Positions 8,652 to 18,488 of a stretch of 43,260 bases of DNA are shown one piece after another. Below the pieces are notes generated by a model, which was not told the DNA's origin, did not search any database, and saw only the letters and a program-made list of their open reading frames with translations. Position 1 is the first letter of the stretch, and every line of letters begins with the position of its first letter. Made by a program: the position numbers and the translations under genes. The DNA is from Candidatus Micrarchaeota archaeon (lineage in GTDB: Archaea > Micrarchaeota > Micrarchaeia > Norongarragalinales > SBBD01): contig JBDRLB010000045.1 in the NCBI GenBank assembly GCA_043813365.1, positions 1 to 43,260 of the forward strand, written 5' to 3'.

Positions 8652-9461
8652 CTATCTAAGAAGGAGGCTCCTCTTCCTTTGAACCGCAGTTCCGAATCCG
8701 GTGCCGATCCCGTATTTTTTGCGGATTGCCTCATATGCGGCTTCGGTATGCTTGAACTCAGCTGCGACCCTTTCGCCCATGATCTCGTTTTTCCTATCGA
8801 CCCAGATGATTTGGAAGGGAAGCGATTGCATTTTCAGCAGCACGGCAAGCGCAAGGTCCGCAATGAGCATTTCCCTGACGTTCTGCCACTCATCTTCGTA
8901 GCTTTTGACAATAAGTTTGCGCTCCTTCAGGAGATCCAAAAAGAACCCAGAATAGCACGCTGCCGTTTTTTCCCCTCCATAGGGGATGCTGGAATACATC
9001 TTGCCGATTATGCGAGTTGTGCCGCTCGCTTCCATGCTTTTCTTCATCAAAGCGTCTGTTCCTCGGGAGAAGGAGATGATTTTTAACCCGGCTTTCCGGT
9101 CATTTTCAATGGCATTCCCCTTTTTGAAAACATCCGGGAACGCCACCATCTTGACCTCGCCGCGTTCAATCGCGAGCTCGAGGAAATCATAGTAAACTTC
9201 CCGGGCTTTCGTCCCTCTTTTTGGCGATTTTACTTTATTGAGAACGTATTTTGCGATTTTCCTATCTGATGCATTCTGGTTCATCGGTTCCAGCATTTCC
9301 CGTATTTTCCGCTCGTAAATCCCTCCGGTGCCTTTCATTTCCACAAGCGTGCCGTTGAAATCATACAGGGCGGCCTTTTCGAGGGAAGCGAGGCGAGGAT
9401 GGACTTCGACCTTCCTTTTCATCAACTCATTGAATTTTTGCTCAAATTCCATATTTATCAC
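8652..9461 (-). CDS. HAD-superfamily hydrolase, enolase-phosphatase E1 (MtnC)-like
   Basis: Motif I YDFNGTL, motif II IISFSRG, motif III EKTAACY, motif IV SYED. GEVKMVAFPDV resembles the MtnC cap region. The true start may be ATG 9452. Confidence 0.7.
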   Translation of the reverse strand: MINMEFEQKFNELMKRKVEVHPRLASLEKAALYDFNGTLVEMKGTGGIYERKIREMLEPMNQNASDRKIAKYVLNKVKSPKRGTKAREVYYDFLELAIERGEVKMVAFPDVFKKGNAIENDRKAGLKIISFSRGTDALMKKSMEASGTTRIIGKMYSSIPYGGEKTAACYSGFFLDLLKERKLIVKSYEDEWQNVREMLIADLALAVLLKMQSLPFQIIWVDRKNEIMGERVAAEFKHTEAAYEAIRKKYGIGTGFGTAVQRKRSLLLR

Positions 9462-10906
9462 TTTGTCAGCCTCCGGATAACCCCGTGGTTCGCATCCACT
9501 TCGACCAATTCGCCGTCCTTGAATATTTTCGTGGCGTTTTTCACGGCTACCAAACAGGGTACGCCGAGCTCCCTGGAAACGATTGCCGCATGGGAAGTGA
9601 TCCCTCCCTCTTCAGTCACTATCGCTGCCGCGATCCTCATGGCAACAACGTATTCAGGATCGGTTGCAGGTGCGATAAGGATGTCCTTGGGTGAAATTTT
9701 TTGCAATTCGGAAGCGCTGGAAACGATTTTCGCCAAGCCAATAGCCTTCCCGGAACTCGCGCATAAACCATGGATCTCGATGCACTCCTCCCCGATTTCC
9801 TCATTCCCATAAATTTCGCGGCATTTCTCACGGGCCTTTTTTCCTACAAACACTTCGGGGATTTCCTTCTGGAAAATTGTCAGGGAAAAATGCTGCCTTT
9901 CGAGCAAGGAACGTTCAGGCAGGCCATCATTTTCCATGATTTTTTCGATTTCCCAGGGGAACGCATTCTTCAGTGCCTTAAGGGAATACCCCTTCCTTTT
10001 CCCGATTTCCTTCAATAACAGGTCGAAAAAATGCACCGTTTTGATCCAGTATTTCTTCCGGATGTCCTGGAAATGGCCGAATTCGTCCATAATTTCGATG
10101 TAGGAATATGCGGAGGAAGGGATGCCCATTTTTTTCAAGAGCTGGAGCTTCCCCTTTTTAGAGGGCGGGGATAATTGGGGCTTGTTTTTGCTGCCATCAA
10201 TGTCGGCCTCGATCATTTCCCAAAAATCCCCAGCGGAAAGGATTTTCGTTTCGAGCGAATTGTTCTGTATCCAGAACCACTTTTTTGCATGCCGACCGAG
10301 TTTATTCTTGATTTCAATAGGCAATTGGGCGAAGCGCTTTTTCCGCAGTTTCCTAGTAATTGTCTTGGCGATTGCTTCCCTTTCCGCCTGCTCTGTTGCC
10401 AGGAATGATTTATGCGAGGGCATCAGCAATTGGGAGAGCAATCCGGATTTTTTCGCGTCCGCCTTCGATTTCCCGAACACGGCTTCCATCAGGACCATGT
10501 CGCCAACAATCGGGATGCTGTCCACGAAAATGCTGTCACCCCATAATTGGAAATATTCATCAGAAAGCGTGAGGAATAATGAAGTAAGGAAGGCATCCTC
10601 GATTTTGTGCAATTTTACAGCTTCGATTTTCCCATAAGTTGATTCGAGTTTTTTTATGTCCTTTCGGTAAATCTTCCAGATTTTATTCCTATATTTTTTA
10701 CTTTTGAGCCGTTGGAACGCCCTTCTTCCCATAGCGACAAGATTTTCCTTCGGGGAACTCCATCTTCCCTTGCCGTTGTCAATGACGAAGATGGTTTTTC
10801 CATAATTTACGCCCCATTCCCGCTTCATCCGGATGGATCCCTGCGCAAGTGCGTATGTGGACTGCAAAGCCGAATCGTAGAACCATTCCGCCCACTTATC
10901 TTCCAT
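9458..10906 (-). CDS. PEP-utilizer mobile domain protein; array member 6
   Basis: C-terminal TDPEYVVAMRIAAAIVTEEGGITSHAAIVSRELGVPC. Internal FQDIRK motif. Confidence 0.9.
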   Translation of the reverse strand: MEDKWAEWFYDSALQSTYALAQGSIRMKREWGVNYGKTIFVIDNGKGRWSSPKENLVAMGRRAFQRLKSKKYRNKIWKIYRKDIKKLESTYGKIEAVKLHKIEDAFLTSLFLTLSDEYFQLWGDSIFVDSIPIVGDMVLMEAVFGKSKADAKKSGLLSQLLMPSHKSFLATEQAEREAIAKTITRKLRKKRFAQLPIEIKNKLGRHAKKWFWIQNNSLETKILSAGDFWEMIEADIDGSKNKPQLSPPSKKGKLQLLKKMGIPSSAYSYIEIMDEFGHFQDIRKKYWIKTVHFFDLLLKEIGKRKGYSLKALKNAFPWEIEKIMENDGLPERSLLERQHFSLTIFQKEIPEVFVGKKAREKCREIYGNEEIGEECIEIHGLCASSGKAIGLAKIVSSASELQKISPKDILIAPATDPEYVVAMRIAAAIVTEEGGITSHAAIVSRELGVPCLVAVKNATKIFKDGELVEVDANHGVIRRLTK

Positions 10907-10908
10907 GT

Positions 10909-12438
10909 TCAGCCCTCGAGTTTGTTCACTTCGCCGTGGTTTGCCTTAACCTCCAGCAAATCGCCGTCCTTGAAAACGCGTGTTGCAATGCGGGTGCCTA
11001 TGATGCATGGGATTCCCAGTTCGCGGGAGACTATTGCTGCATGCGAGGTTATTCCCCCTTCATCAGTAACAATAGCGCACGCCTTTTTCATTGCCGGAAC
11101 CATTTCAGGCCGGGTTGCGTGTGCAATCAGAACTTCCCCTTCCTCCACTTTTGGAATGTCTGCGGATAAGAGCACCAATTTCGCCTTTCCAACAGCATAC
11201 CCCAATGAGGCGCAGGTTCCCCTGACGCTGGCAACTGCTGATTTGCCGGAATGCCCGAAACCCTTCAATAAGCGCTTTTCCCGGGCATGCGCATCCTTTC
11301 CGCTGTAAATCTTTACATTGTCATAACCGAAAATCAGCAGGCAGTTGGTGCGGCGTATTTTCAATTCGGATAAAAATTTCCTGTCTGCCAAGTACTGCTC
11401 TTTTATTTCAGTTGGGAGGGCGTAAAGAAGCAGGTCCTTTTCAATCCCGTATCTTTTTTCTAACTCGTTCGCAAGCAGATGTGACCAGTAAACGGCCTTA
11501 AGCATGCTGGTTTTGCGGTAATCCTGGTAATATGCGAGCTTGCTAACCAAGTCCAGCAATGCTGTTAATTTTGGAGGAAGCCTTAGTTCTTCCTGCACCT
11601 TATCCCTTGCGAGCAATTTCCCCTTTTCCTTCATTTTGAATTCGTCAAGGTGCTTTTTTGGGTCGGTGCAGGCCTTGAATTTCTCCCTCAGCATGTTGAT
11701 GAAATAGTTGATATTCAGATAGGGCGTATATGCGTAGTTGTTGTTTATCCAATGGAATTTCTCAATGTGGAGCAATAGCCGTTTTTCAATGGTCGGATAT
11801 TTCTTCAGGGAATCCCTTATTTCATGGATAAGCCCCCGGAATGCCTTCTTCAGCATTTCTTCCATTCCTATCAAGGCCATTATCTCCAGCAGGTCCTTCT
11901 CCTCGGAAATGTGGAAGAGCTCCCCGGAAATTGGGGTGAGATCCACGAAATATTGCGAGTATTTGTTCTCCAGCCCTTTTTCCTTAAGGAACGCGCCCAG
12001 CTTCTCCCTGATTTTATGCTCAAGGTAGAAGTAGGAGGGTTCCATCAGGTAGCTTGGGACATAGCAGGCGGAATACGCGTCATTGAGTTCTTTTTCGAGG
12101 GCGATCAAATCAGTTTCGGAAAGCATCGGCAGGGGCCTGAACCGGGTCTTCTTGATCAGTTTTTCCAGTTTTTTGAACTCATTGGTGAAATCCTTAAGCG
12201 ATTTTCCAAATAATGCGGGATTTTTTAGGATACGCTTAACGATGATTTCACCTGCCTTCAACGTTTCTTTCCTCCGTATGTAGTAGCGCGCGTTCACGCC
12301 CTTGATTGGCACAACCTGCTGCTTGACACATGCCTTCCAATAGCGTTCCATCCTCCTTCCCATGGGTTCGCATGCAGGGTACATTAGAAGCGGCGTGAGC
12401 TCCGCAAAATATTCGTAGAACAACGGTTTCTGCATCAT
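10909..12438 (-). CDS. PEP-utilizer mobile domain protein; array member 5
   Basis: C-terminal TRPEMVPAMKKACAIVTDEGGITSHAAIVSRELGIPC. Internal YQDYRK motif. Confidence 0.9.
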   Translation of the reverse strand: MMQKPLFYEYFAELTPLLMYPACEPMGRRMERYWKACVKQQVVPIKGVNARYYIRRKETLKAGEIIVKRILKNPALFGKSLKDFTNEFKKLEKLIKKTRFRPLPMLSETDLIALEKELNDAYSACYVPSYLMEPSYFYLEHKIREKLGAFLKEKGLENKYSQYFVDLTPISGELFHISEEKDLLEIMALIGMEEMLKKAFRGLIHEIRDSLKKYPTIEKRLLLHIEKFHWINNNYAYTPYLNINYFINMLREKFKACTDPKKHLDEFKMKEKGKLLARDKVQEELRLPPKLTALLDLVSKLAYYQDYRKTSMLKAVYWSHLLANELEKRYGIEKDLLLYALPTEIKEQYLADRKFLSELKIRRTNCLLIFGYDNVKIYSGKDAHAREKRLLKGFGHSGKSAVASVRGTCASLGYAVGKAKLVLLSADIPKVEEGEVLIAHATRPEMVPAMKKACAIVTDEGGITSHAAIVSRELGIPCIIGTRIATRVFKDGDLLEVKANHGEVNKLEG

Positions 12439-13943
12439 TTCACCTTCCTAACCAACCCATGGTTTGCATTCACTTCGACGAAATCTCCGTCCTTTAGGAT
12501 TTTTGTGGCGATCTTCGTGCCGATTATGCAAGGGATCCCAAGCTCCCGGGACACAACTGCCGCATGCGATGTAATCCCCCCTTCGTCCGTAACCACTGCA
12601 GCCGCTTTTTTCATGGCAGGGACGAGTTCCGGGCGCGTCATGCTGCTGACCAGGATGTCGCCGTGCTTCATTTTAACGATATCTTTTGTGTTATTGACAA
12701 TACGCACGTACCCTTCCACCCTTCCGATTGACGCGCATTGGCCCCGCACGTCCTCGCAGGCGCTTTTTTCTCCTGCAAAAAGCATTTTTTCCAGTATTAC
12801 AGCATCCTTTCCAGTAAAAACATCCTCGAACCCTTTCCCGATGATCATAACGCTGAATTTCCTGCGCTCGTGCATCAATTTCTTGTCAAGCTTGCCTTTT
12901 CTGAGATATGCAATAAGCTCGGAAGGTGTCGAATAGACCACTTCGTAAAAAGTTGCACCCAGCCTCCTGGCGAATTCATTTAGGAAGCTGCATGCATAAT
13001 GGTCTCCGATGAGATTCTCCTTCTTTCTTACATCCTGCCACCAAGCAAAGCGTTCAATTATCTCCAAAATCAGCTTCAGCCTGCCATTAATTTCCAATCG
13101 TTTTATGAGCCCCTTTTTCCCTTTTTTTGCTTCAATAGGGAATTTTTCCATCTTCCGGATTTCCTTCAAGGGATCAACTCCCTCCTTCAGCAATTCGGAA
13201 ACCTCATTCGCGAAATCCCCGGCCTTAAGATCGCGTGCGATCAGGTAACTATTCCGGATCCAATGGTACTTTTTTGCATGGGCATCAAGATCGGCCCTTA
13301 TTGCGGGATCCGATAATAGCTGCTTTGGCGTTATTTTCTTTTGAAAATTATTTTTCTTGATTTTATGGACGATTTTCAGCAGTCCCTTGCGTTCGTCATT
13401 CGTAAATGATACGTTCACCGGAGCGGTCAGGGCCGGGAAATATTTTGTGAATTCCTTCTCCGCCCCCCGCCGTTTCAGGAGCGCTATCAGCAAATGCCTT
13501 GCAAGGCTTTCCGAATGGATGCCAATGGCATCCGCAATTATTGGGATGCTCCATTCCCTGATGTATATGCCGATGAATCGATTGTAGGCGCGAATAAGCT
13601 CGGAATCGGGAAGCCCGGCAAGGTCGATTGAATCCAGCCTCCTGCATTCCCTTTCAAATTCACGGAGGTCCTTTTTCCATAAACGGATCAGATTCGAAAG
13701 GTATACCGGGTCCTTTTCAAGCTCCGAAATAAGGCGTTCGGTTATTTTCCTCAAATCCTCCTGGTCATAAATCCATTTTGCGAAATTGTTCCGGTGTATG
13801 CCGATTATTGATTTGTAGCCATAACCGACACGCTCCTGCAGGGACTTGGCAGTAGCTATTCCCGGCAGCCAGATTATTTGAAGTGATGATTCGCAAGCCT
13901 GGATATAATTCTTCCTTTCCTTGAAAACCGAAAAATCCCTCAT
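12435..13943 (-). CDS. PEP-utilizer mobile domain protein; array member 4
   Basis: C-terminal TRPELVPAMKKAAAVVTDEGGITSHAAVVSRELGIPC. Internal WQDVRK motif. 4-nt overlaps on both sides. Confidence 0.9.
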   Translation of the reverse strand: MRDFSVFKERKNYIQACESSLQIIWLPGIATAKSLQERVGYGYKSIIGIHRNNFAKWIYDQEDLRKITERLISELEKDPVYLSNLIRLWKKDLREFERECRRLDSIDLAGLPDSELIRAYNRFIGIYIREWSIPIIADAIGIHSESLARHLLIALLKRRGAEKEFTKYFPALTAPVNVSFTNDERKGLLKIVHKIKKNNFQKKITPKQLLSDPAIRADLDAHAKKYHWIRNSYLIARDLKAGDFANEVSELLKEGVDPLKEIRKMEKFPIEAKKGKKGLIKRLEINGRLKLILEIIERFAWWQDVRKKENLIGDHYACSFLNEFARRLGATFYEVVYSTPSELIAYLRKGKLDKKLMHERRKFSVMIIGKGFEDVFTGKDAVILEKMLFAGEKSACEDVRGQCASIGRVEGYVRIVNNTKDIVKMKHGDILVSSMTRPELVPAMKKAAAVVTDEGGITSHAAVVSRELGIPCIIGTKIATKILKDGDFVEVNANHGLVRKVK

Positions 13944-15454
13944 TTTTCCACCCTACGGACGGAGCCGTGGATTGCATTCACATCGACAACATCCCCATCC
14001 TTGAATATTTTTGTCGCATTGCCGGTGCCGACAATGCATGGAATCCGGAGTTCCCTGGAAACGATCGCAGCATGGCAGGTGATCCCGCCCTCATCCGTGA
14101 CAATCGCTCCCGCCCGTTTCATCCCTACAACGTAATCCGGGGAGGTCATAGGTGCGACCAGCACGTCCCCATGATTCACCTTCATGATATGCATTGCGCT
14201 CATCACGATTTTCACGCGGCCCGTATGCCTCCCGATGGATGCACAGGTGCCGTAGATTTTCAGCCCCTTCTTCTCATCCGGATTTTCCTGGATGTTCCTT
14301 TTTATGAATTCCCTTGATTCGGGCTTATTCAAAAACCGGGTCCTGCCCCTGCTGTCCCAGATGCATACGCTCAGGCCATACCTTTGTTTCAATACGGGAT
14401 TTGGAATCCCCTTTCCTTCAATAAGCGCTTCACGTATTTCCCCGATAGTCATAAACCTTGAAAGCACAACCGTGGTATCAAGGCGTTTTGCGATTTCCTC
14501 GAGAAGCGGGATCAGCAGATAATGCGACTTGGTGAAGCCTTCCTTCTTGAAGTCAATGATGAAGGTCGCGAGCCTGATGTAATCGAAAAGTGATTGGAGC
14601 GACTTTGGCAGGCGGTACCTCAGGATGGCTTCGTCTTGCCTATTTTTCAGTTCGGAAGGGCGCCTTTTAAGGCCATTGAGCATGGCAGCGCAATTCCTTT
14701 TTAAAACGTAGTTCATCAATGCCGAAGCGAAATGGCCGATGTCCCAAATCTGGACGCCATAATCATATGGCAGCCAGCAGTATTTTTTTTCATGAATTTG
14801 CAAATCCCCCCATATTTTGCTGGCTTTCAGAGCGTTGATGATCCTTCCCTTGTTTTTTCCCCTGAAGATTGCCATCATTTTGGGTTTTTTCTGGACCATC
14901 GCGCCCAACCGGAGCAGGTCCTGCTCTTCCTGTGCAATGAAGGACTGCTCGAGAGGCGTTGAGAGAAGGGCTATTATCTCGTTGGCATTCTCCCTGCCAA
15001 CGCATTTGATTGTTTCCCTTTTGATTTCCAAGGTTACCCGGTCTTTTGTTGCCATGGGTACGGGCTCCCCGTATATCGATGCCTCCTCGTATAAAGCAGC
15101 GTAATGGCGGTATTTTTCCCATAGCTCCGTGTTGTCAAGTTTTGACAGGTCCATTGAATTTATTTTCTCCGAGTAACGTAGCAGCTTGTTGAGGCGCGGG
15201 AGGAATTTTCCATAGAGGATCTTCAGTTGGCCCGGATCCCTCAGTATCCGTGAAGAGACATGGGAGAAAAGCGAATTCATCTTCCTCTTGTCCGCATACC
15301 AGGTCATTACGCCGTCCGTGTAGGTCACGAAGAAACTGCCGAATGACTTGCCAAACCAGACGGGGATGGGTATTGCGTATATTTTTCCAAGGATTTCCAC
15401 GTACGGGGAAAGGTAGGCGTGCGTTTTCCTCTGCGCATATACCCATTGGATCAT
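13940..15454 (-). CDS. PEP-utilizer mobile domain protein; array member 3
   Basis: C-terminal TSPDYVVGMKRAGAIVTDEGGITCHAAIVSRELRIPC. Internal YGEP, WLPYDYG and DFKKEGFTKSH. Confidence 0.9.
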   Translation of the reverse strand: MIQWVYAQRKTHAYLSPYVEILGKIYAIPIPVWFGKSFGSFFVTYTDGVMTWYADKRKMNSLFSHVSSRILRDPGQLKILYGKFLPRLNKLLRYSEKINSMDLSKLDNTELWEKYRHYAALYEEASIYGEPVPMATKDRVTLEIKRETIKCVGRENANEIIALLSTPLEQSFIAQEEQDLLRLGAMVQKKPKMMAIFRGKNKGRIINALKASKIWGDLQIHEKKYCWLPYDYGVQIWDIGHFASALMNYVLKRNCAAMLNGLKRRPSELKNRQDEAILRYRLPKSLQSLFDYIRLATFIIDFKKEGFTKSHYLLIPLLEEIAKRLDTTVVLSRFMTIGEIREALIEGKGIPNPVLKQRYGLSVCIWDSRGRTRFLNKPESREFIKRNIQENPDEKKGLKIYGTCASIGRHTGRVKIVMSAMHIMKVNHGDVLVAPMTSPDYVVGMKRAGAIVTDEGGITCHAAIVSRELRIPCIVGTGNATKIFKDGDVVDVNAIHGSVRRVEK

Positions 15455-16944
15455 TTTTCCACCTTCCTAACAATGCCATGGGACGCCTTCACTTCCAGCA
15501 GGTCGCCGTCCTTGAATGCGGATGTTGCTATGCGTGTCCCGACAACGCAGGGGATGTTGAATTCCCTTGCGACAATAGCTGCATGGCATGTGATGCCGCC
15601 GTCATTTGTTACGATTGCGGCCGCATTTTTCATCCCGTGCACGAAATCCGGCGTTGTCATTATTGTGACCAAAATCTCCCCCTTTTTGAGCTTTGGAAGA
15701 TCAGATGCTGAAAGGATGACCCGCGCCTTTCCTCGAACAGTTCCGGCGCATGCGCATGTGCCCTTAAGTTCGGTTGCAACCGCTCTATCTTTTCCGAGGA
15801 GGCCCACTTTTTTGAGGGATGTGTCGGCTTTTTCAGCTGCGATCATTTCCACTTTTCCATTGGTTGAATGAAGCACGCGCAGCATTTTCGGGTTCGGGCT
15901 TATTTTCTCCCCATTCAATGCAGATATAATTTCCGGCGGCGTTGAGGAATATGCCTGTTCCATGCTCCAATCAAGCCTTTTTGCTGCCTCGTGGAGCAGG
16001 TTCCGGTAGGCAAAATGGCTTTTTGTATGGCATTCCTTCTTGAAATCCATGAGGAAACCCGTTATCCGAAGGACATTCAGGTAGGAGGATGTTTTTACAT
16101 CAAGCCCGAGGGTTTTTTCCATATTCCTTTGTTTCTCCCCTATCCGGCCGTAATATTCTGAAATTTCACGGAGCCTTTTATCCGGATCAAAGCCCTGCTC
16201 CATCAGATTCCTTGCCGTATCCGTGAAATATGATGCATCCCAAACAGCCCCTCCGTAATCGAAAGGGACCCAAAAGTATTCTGCTTCATGATCCTTGAAA
16301 AGTGCGGCATATTTCCCGTATGCCTTTCCGGATAAAAATTGCTTTTCCATGCCATTTTTCCGGATGAGGCGGATAACTTTCAGCAGGGATTCCTCTTCCC
16401 TTGTTGCAAACGGTTTTTCAGTAGGGGCAGTGAGCAACGTAAATACGGCCCCGAATTCGCCTGATTTTCCTTTTTCCACGAGTACTTCCTTTATCCCTGC
16501 TTCTGCTAAAGAGGCAAAATGGTCTTTGACAGCGAATGCGAAGGGCTCCCCGTAAACATATGCTTCATCGTATTCTTTCCAATATTCCCTAATGAGTGAT
16601 GCGAGCCCGGCATTGCCCGTAGAATTCAATTTTGAAGGGTTTAGGCGGCCGTTGAAATCAAGCAGCCTCTTGATCCTCTTTTTGAAATTGGCGCAAATCC
16701 CTTCCGCAAGTGCAGGGTTTTTCTCCACCGCATTGCCGCATACGAGCTCCACTTTCCGGATTAGGTCCTCACGAAAGTACGCCTTGAAGCTGCCTTTTTC
16801 CCCAAAAACAGCAATAATTTCGCCATAGCTGGAGCCAGCAGCTTCCTGCATTTTTGCTGTATAGTCGATGCAGATGTTGTAAAGCATATGCAGATGGAAG
16901 CCTTCCTTCCGTTCCTGTACTAATGCCCATTCCATGAAGTTCAC
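15451..16944 (-). CDS. PEP-utilizer mobile domain protein; array member 2
   Basis: C-terminal TTPDFVHGMKNAAAIVTNDGGITCHAAIVAREFNIPC. Internal YGEP, WVPFDYG and DFKKECHTKSH. Confidence 0.9.
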   Translation of the reverse strand: MNFMEWALVQERKEGFHLHMLYNICIDYTAKMQEAAGSSYGEIIAVFGEKGSFKAYFREDLIRKVELVCGNAVEKNPALAEGICANFKKRIKRLLDFNGRLNPSKLNSTGNAGLASLIREYWKEYDEAYVYGEPFAFAVKDHFASLAEAGIKEVLVEKGKSGEFGAVFTLLTAPTEKPFATREEESLLKVIRLIRKNGMEKQFLSGKAYGKYAALFKDHEAEYFWVPFDYGGAVWDASYFTDTARNLMEQGFDPDKRLREISEYYGRIGEKQRNMEKTLGLDVKTSSYLNVLRITGFLMDFKKECHTKSHFAYRNLLHEAAKRLDWSMEQAYSSTPPEIISALNGEKISPNPKMLRVLHSTNGKVEMIAAEKADTSLKKVGLLGKDRAVATELKGTCACAGTVRGKARVILSASDLPKLKKGEILVTIMTTPDFVHGMKNAAAIVTNDGGITCHAAIVAREFNIPCVVGTRIATSAFKDGDLLEVKASHGIVRKVEK

Positions 16945-18413
16945 TTGATTATCCCGACAATGCCTTTGGTGGCGTTCAGCTCCACCATCATGCCGTCCTT
17001 CAGAACATCCGTCGCGATCTTTGTTCCTACGATGCAGGGGATGCCCAGTTCCCTGCTTACAATCGCAGCGTGGCAGGTTAGGCCGCCCGTGTTAGTGATT
17101 ATCGCGGCTGCTTTTTTCATTGCCGGCACTATGTCGGGGTTGGTGGCGGGAGCGACGAGGATGTCGCCCTGATTCATTTTGTGCATGTCTTTCGGGGAAA
17201 GTATCAGTTTTACTGTTCCCTTCGCAAATCCGGGGCACGCGCATTGGCCCCTTAGTTCTTTTGATTCGATGATTTTTTCCTCAAGTACGTCCTCCCTCAT
17301 TATCCGCTGCGCTTCCTTTCCAACATATACTTCGGTAGAGTCATCCTTGCTTATTGCAACCGAGAATTTGAAGCGTTCGTTGTAAAGCGAAGGGTTGGTG
17401 GGGCGGTTTTTCAGCGCTTCTTTTATTTCATTTGGCAGCATAAACCTTACTTGCTTGGGGGTCAAATGGAGCCTCTTTGCAATTTCGGCGATCAATGACC
17501 GCATCTCGAAATAACTCCTGAAAAGGATGTCCTTCCGGTCTGCCTTGAAGAATATCAGGTCGGATGCGATGTCAAAGAGTTTGATTTCGGATTTGGAAAG
17601 TTCAAGGAGGGATATTGTGCTTTTTCTTTTTATTTCATCCTCCTTTTCCTTGTTTTTTATTTTTTCGAGCTCTTTTTTTGCATCTGTTTTCTGCTTCAGC
17701 ATGCTTTCCAGCACGGATTCGAAATGCTCCTTCTTCCAAGGGTCGTTTTCATATGTGCACGGGAGCCATCCATATTTTTTTGTATGTGCGATAAGGAGCT
17801 TTTGAATCTGAGGGGAATGGATGAACTTTGGGCTCTTGATTAGTGCGGCAATTTCCAACAAATCCATGTCCTGCTGCTTCCCAAGGGTGAACTTCTTTGG
17901 ATTGGTGAGCGTTGTGAACAATATGCTAAGCTGGTCCTCGGTTGCATCTGGAAGGTGCCTCCTGATTATTCCCCTCAGCTTGTCCGAAAGGGCGCTGCTG
18001 AGATCGAGTGCGGGTGCGATCCAAGCGTAGCCGCGCATTTCCTTGCACCGCTTGCAGTAATCAGAATAATAAGTCCAAAGTTGTGCATTGGATTTGGAGG
18101 CTAGGGTTATGGACGATATTTCCCCGGTCAATTCCAGCATCCTTTTGCCTAGCCGGTAAGTCTCCTTGATTGCATGCTCGACAAAATCAGGATCGGATGC
18201 TACCTTTTTGCCCAGTATCTCAGCTACTCGTTGGGTGTCGCCCTCAATCTCATAAAAGCCCCACGCGTCCCCCTTGAAGGGGTACATCAGCCCCTTATAG
18301 CTTGCGCCGAGCGCTTTCTGCATGCTGCTGTTCTTCCCGCAGCCGGATTCGAAAAGGAAAATCGGGAACAGGCTCGCGTCGTTCCTGATGTCTACCTTCA
18401 CCCATTTTTCCAC
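16941..18413 (-). CDS. PEP-utilizer mobile domain protein; array member 1
   Basis: C-terminal TNPDIVPAMKKAAAIITNTGGLTCHAAIVSRELGIPC. GTG start with a GAGGGG SD. Confidence 0.9.
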   Translation of the reverse strand: MEKWVKVDIRNDASLFPIFLFESGCGKNSSMQKALGASYKGLMYPFKGDAWGFYEIEGDTQRVAEILGKKVASDPDFVEHAIKETYRLGKRMLELTGEISSITLASKSNAQLWTYYSDYCKRCKEMRGYAWIAPALDLSSALSDKLRGIIRRHLPDATEDQLSILFTTLTNPKKFTLGKQQDMDLLEIAALIKSPKFIHSPQIQKLLIAHTKKYGWLPCTYENDPWKKEHFESVLESMLKQKTDAKKELEKIKNKEKEDEIKRKSTISLLELSKSEIKLFDIASDLIFFKADRKDILFRSYFEMRSLIAEIAKRLHLTPKQVRFMLPNEIKEALKNRPTNPSLYNERFKFSVAISKDDSTEVYVGKEAQRIMREDVLEEKIIESKELRGQCACPGFAKGTVKLILSPKDMHKMNQGDILVAPATNPDIVPAMKKAAAIITNTGGLTCHAAIVSRELGIPCIVGTKIATDVLKDGMMVELNATKGIVGIIK

Positions 18414-18452
18414 GCGTACCCCTCAAAATATGTTAAATAGTAATATTGCAGG

Positions 18453-18487
18453 GAGTTATTAAATAATTATACCCCCGATATAGGGGT
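18453..18487 (-). promoter_or_regulatory. putative promoter (copy 1) with adjacent inverted repeat ACCCC-N7-GGGGT
   Basis: AT-rich GAGTTATTAAATAATTA at 18453..18469 (TTTAATAA on the minus strand). Inverted repeat at 18471..18487, directly upstream in the direction of transcription. Confidence 0.5.
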
Positions 18488-18488
18488 T

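Noticed and set aside
7053-18413. Array as an assembly artefact or collapsed repeat
   Set aside because: The seven genes differ extensively even in the conserved His domain, have intact frames, and show clean translational-coupling junctions.
7053-18413. Annotating the paralogs as PEP synthases, pyruvate kinases or PTS enzyme I
   Set aside because: They have only the mobile His domain. The ATP-grasp and TIM-barrel motifs seen in the true ppsA (39045..41477) are absent.
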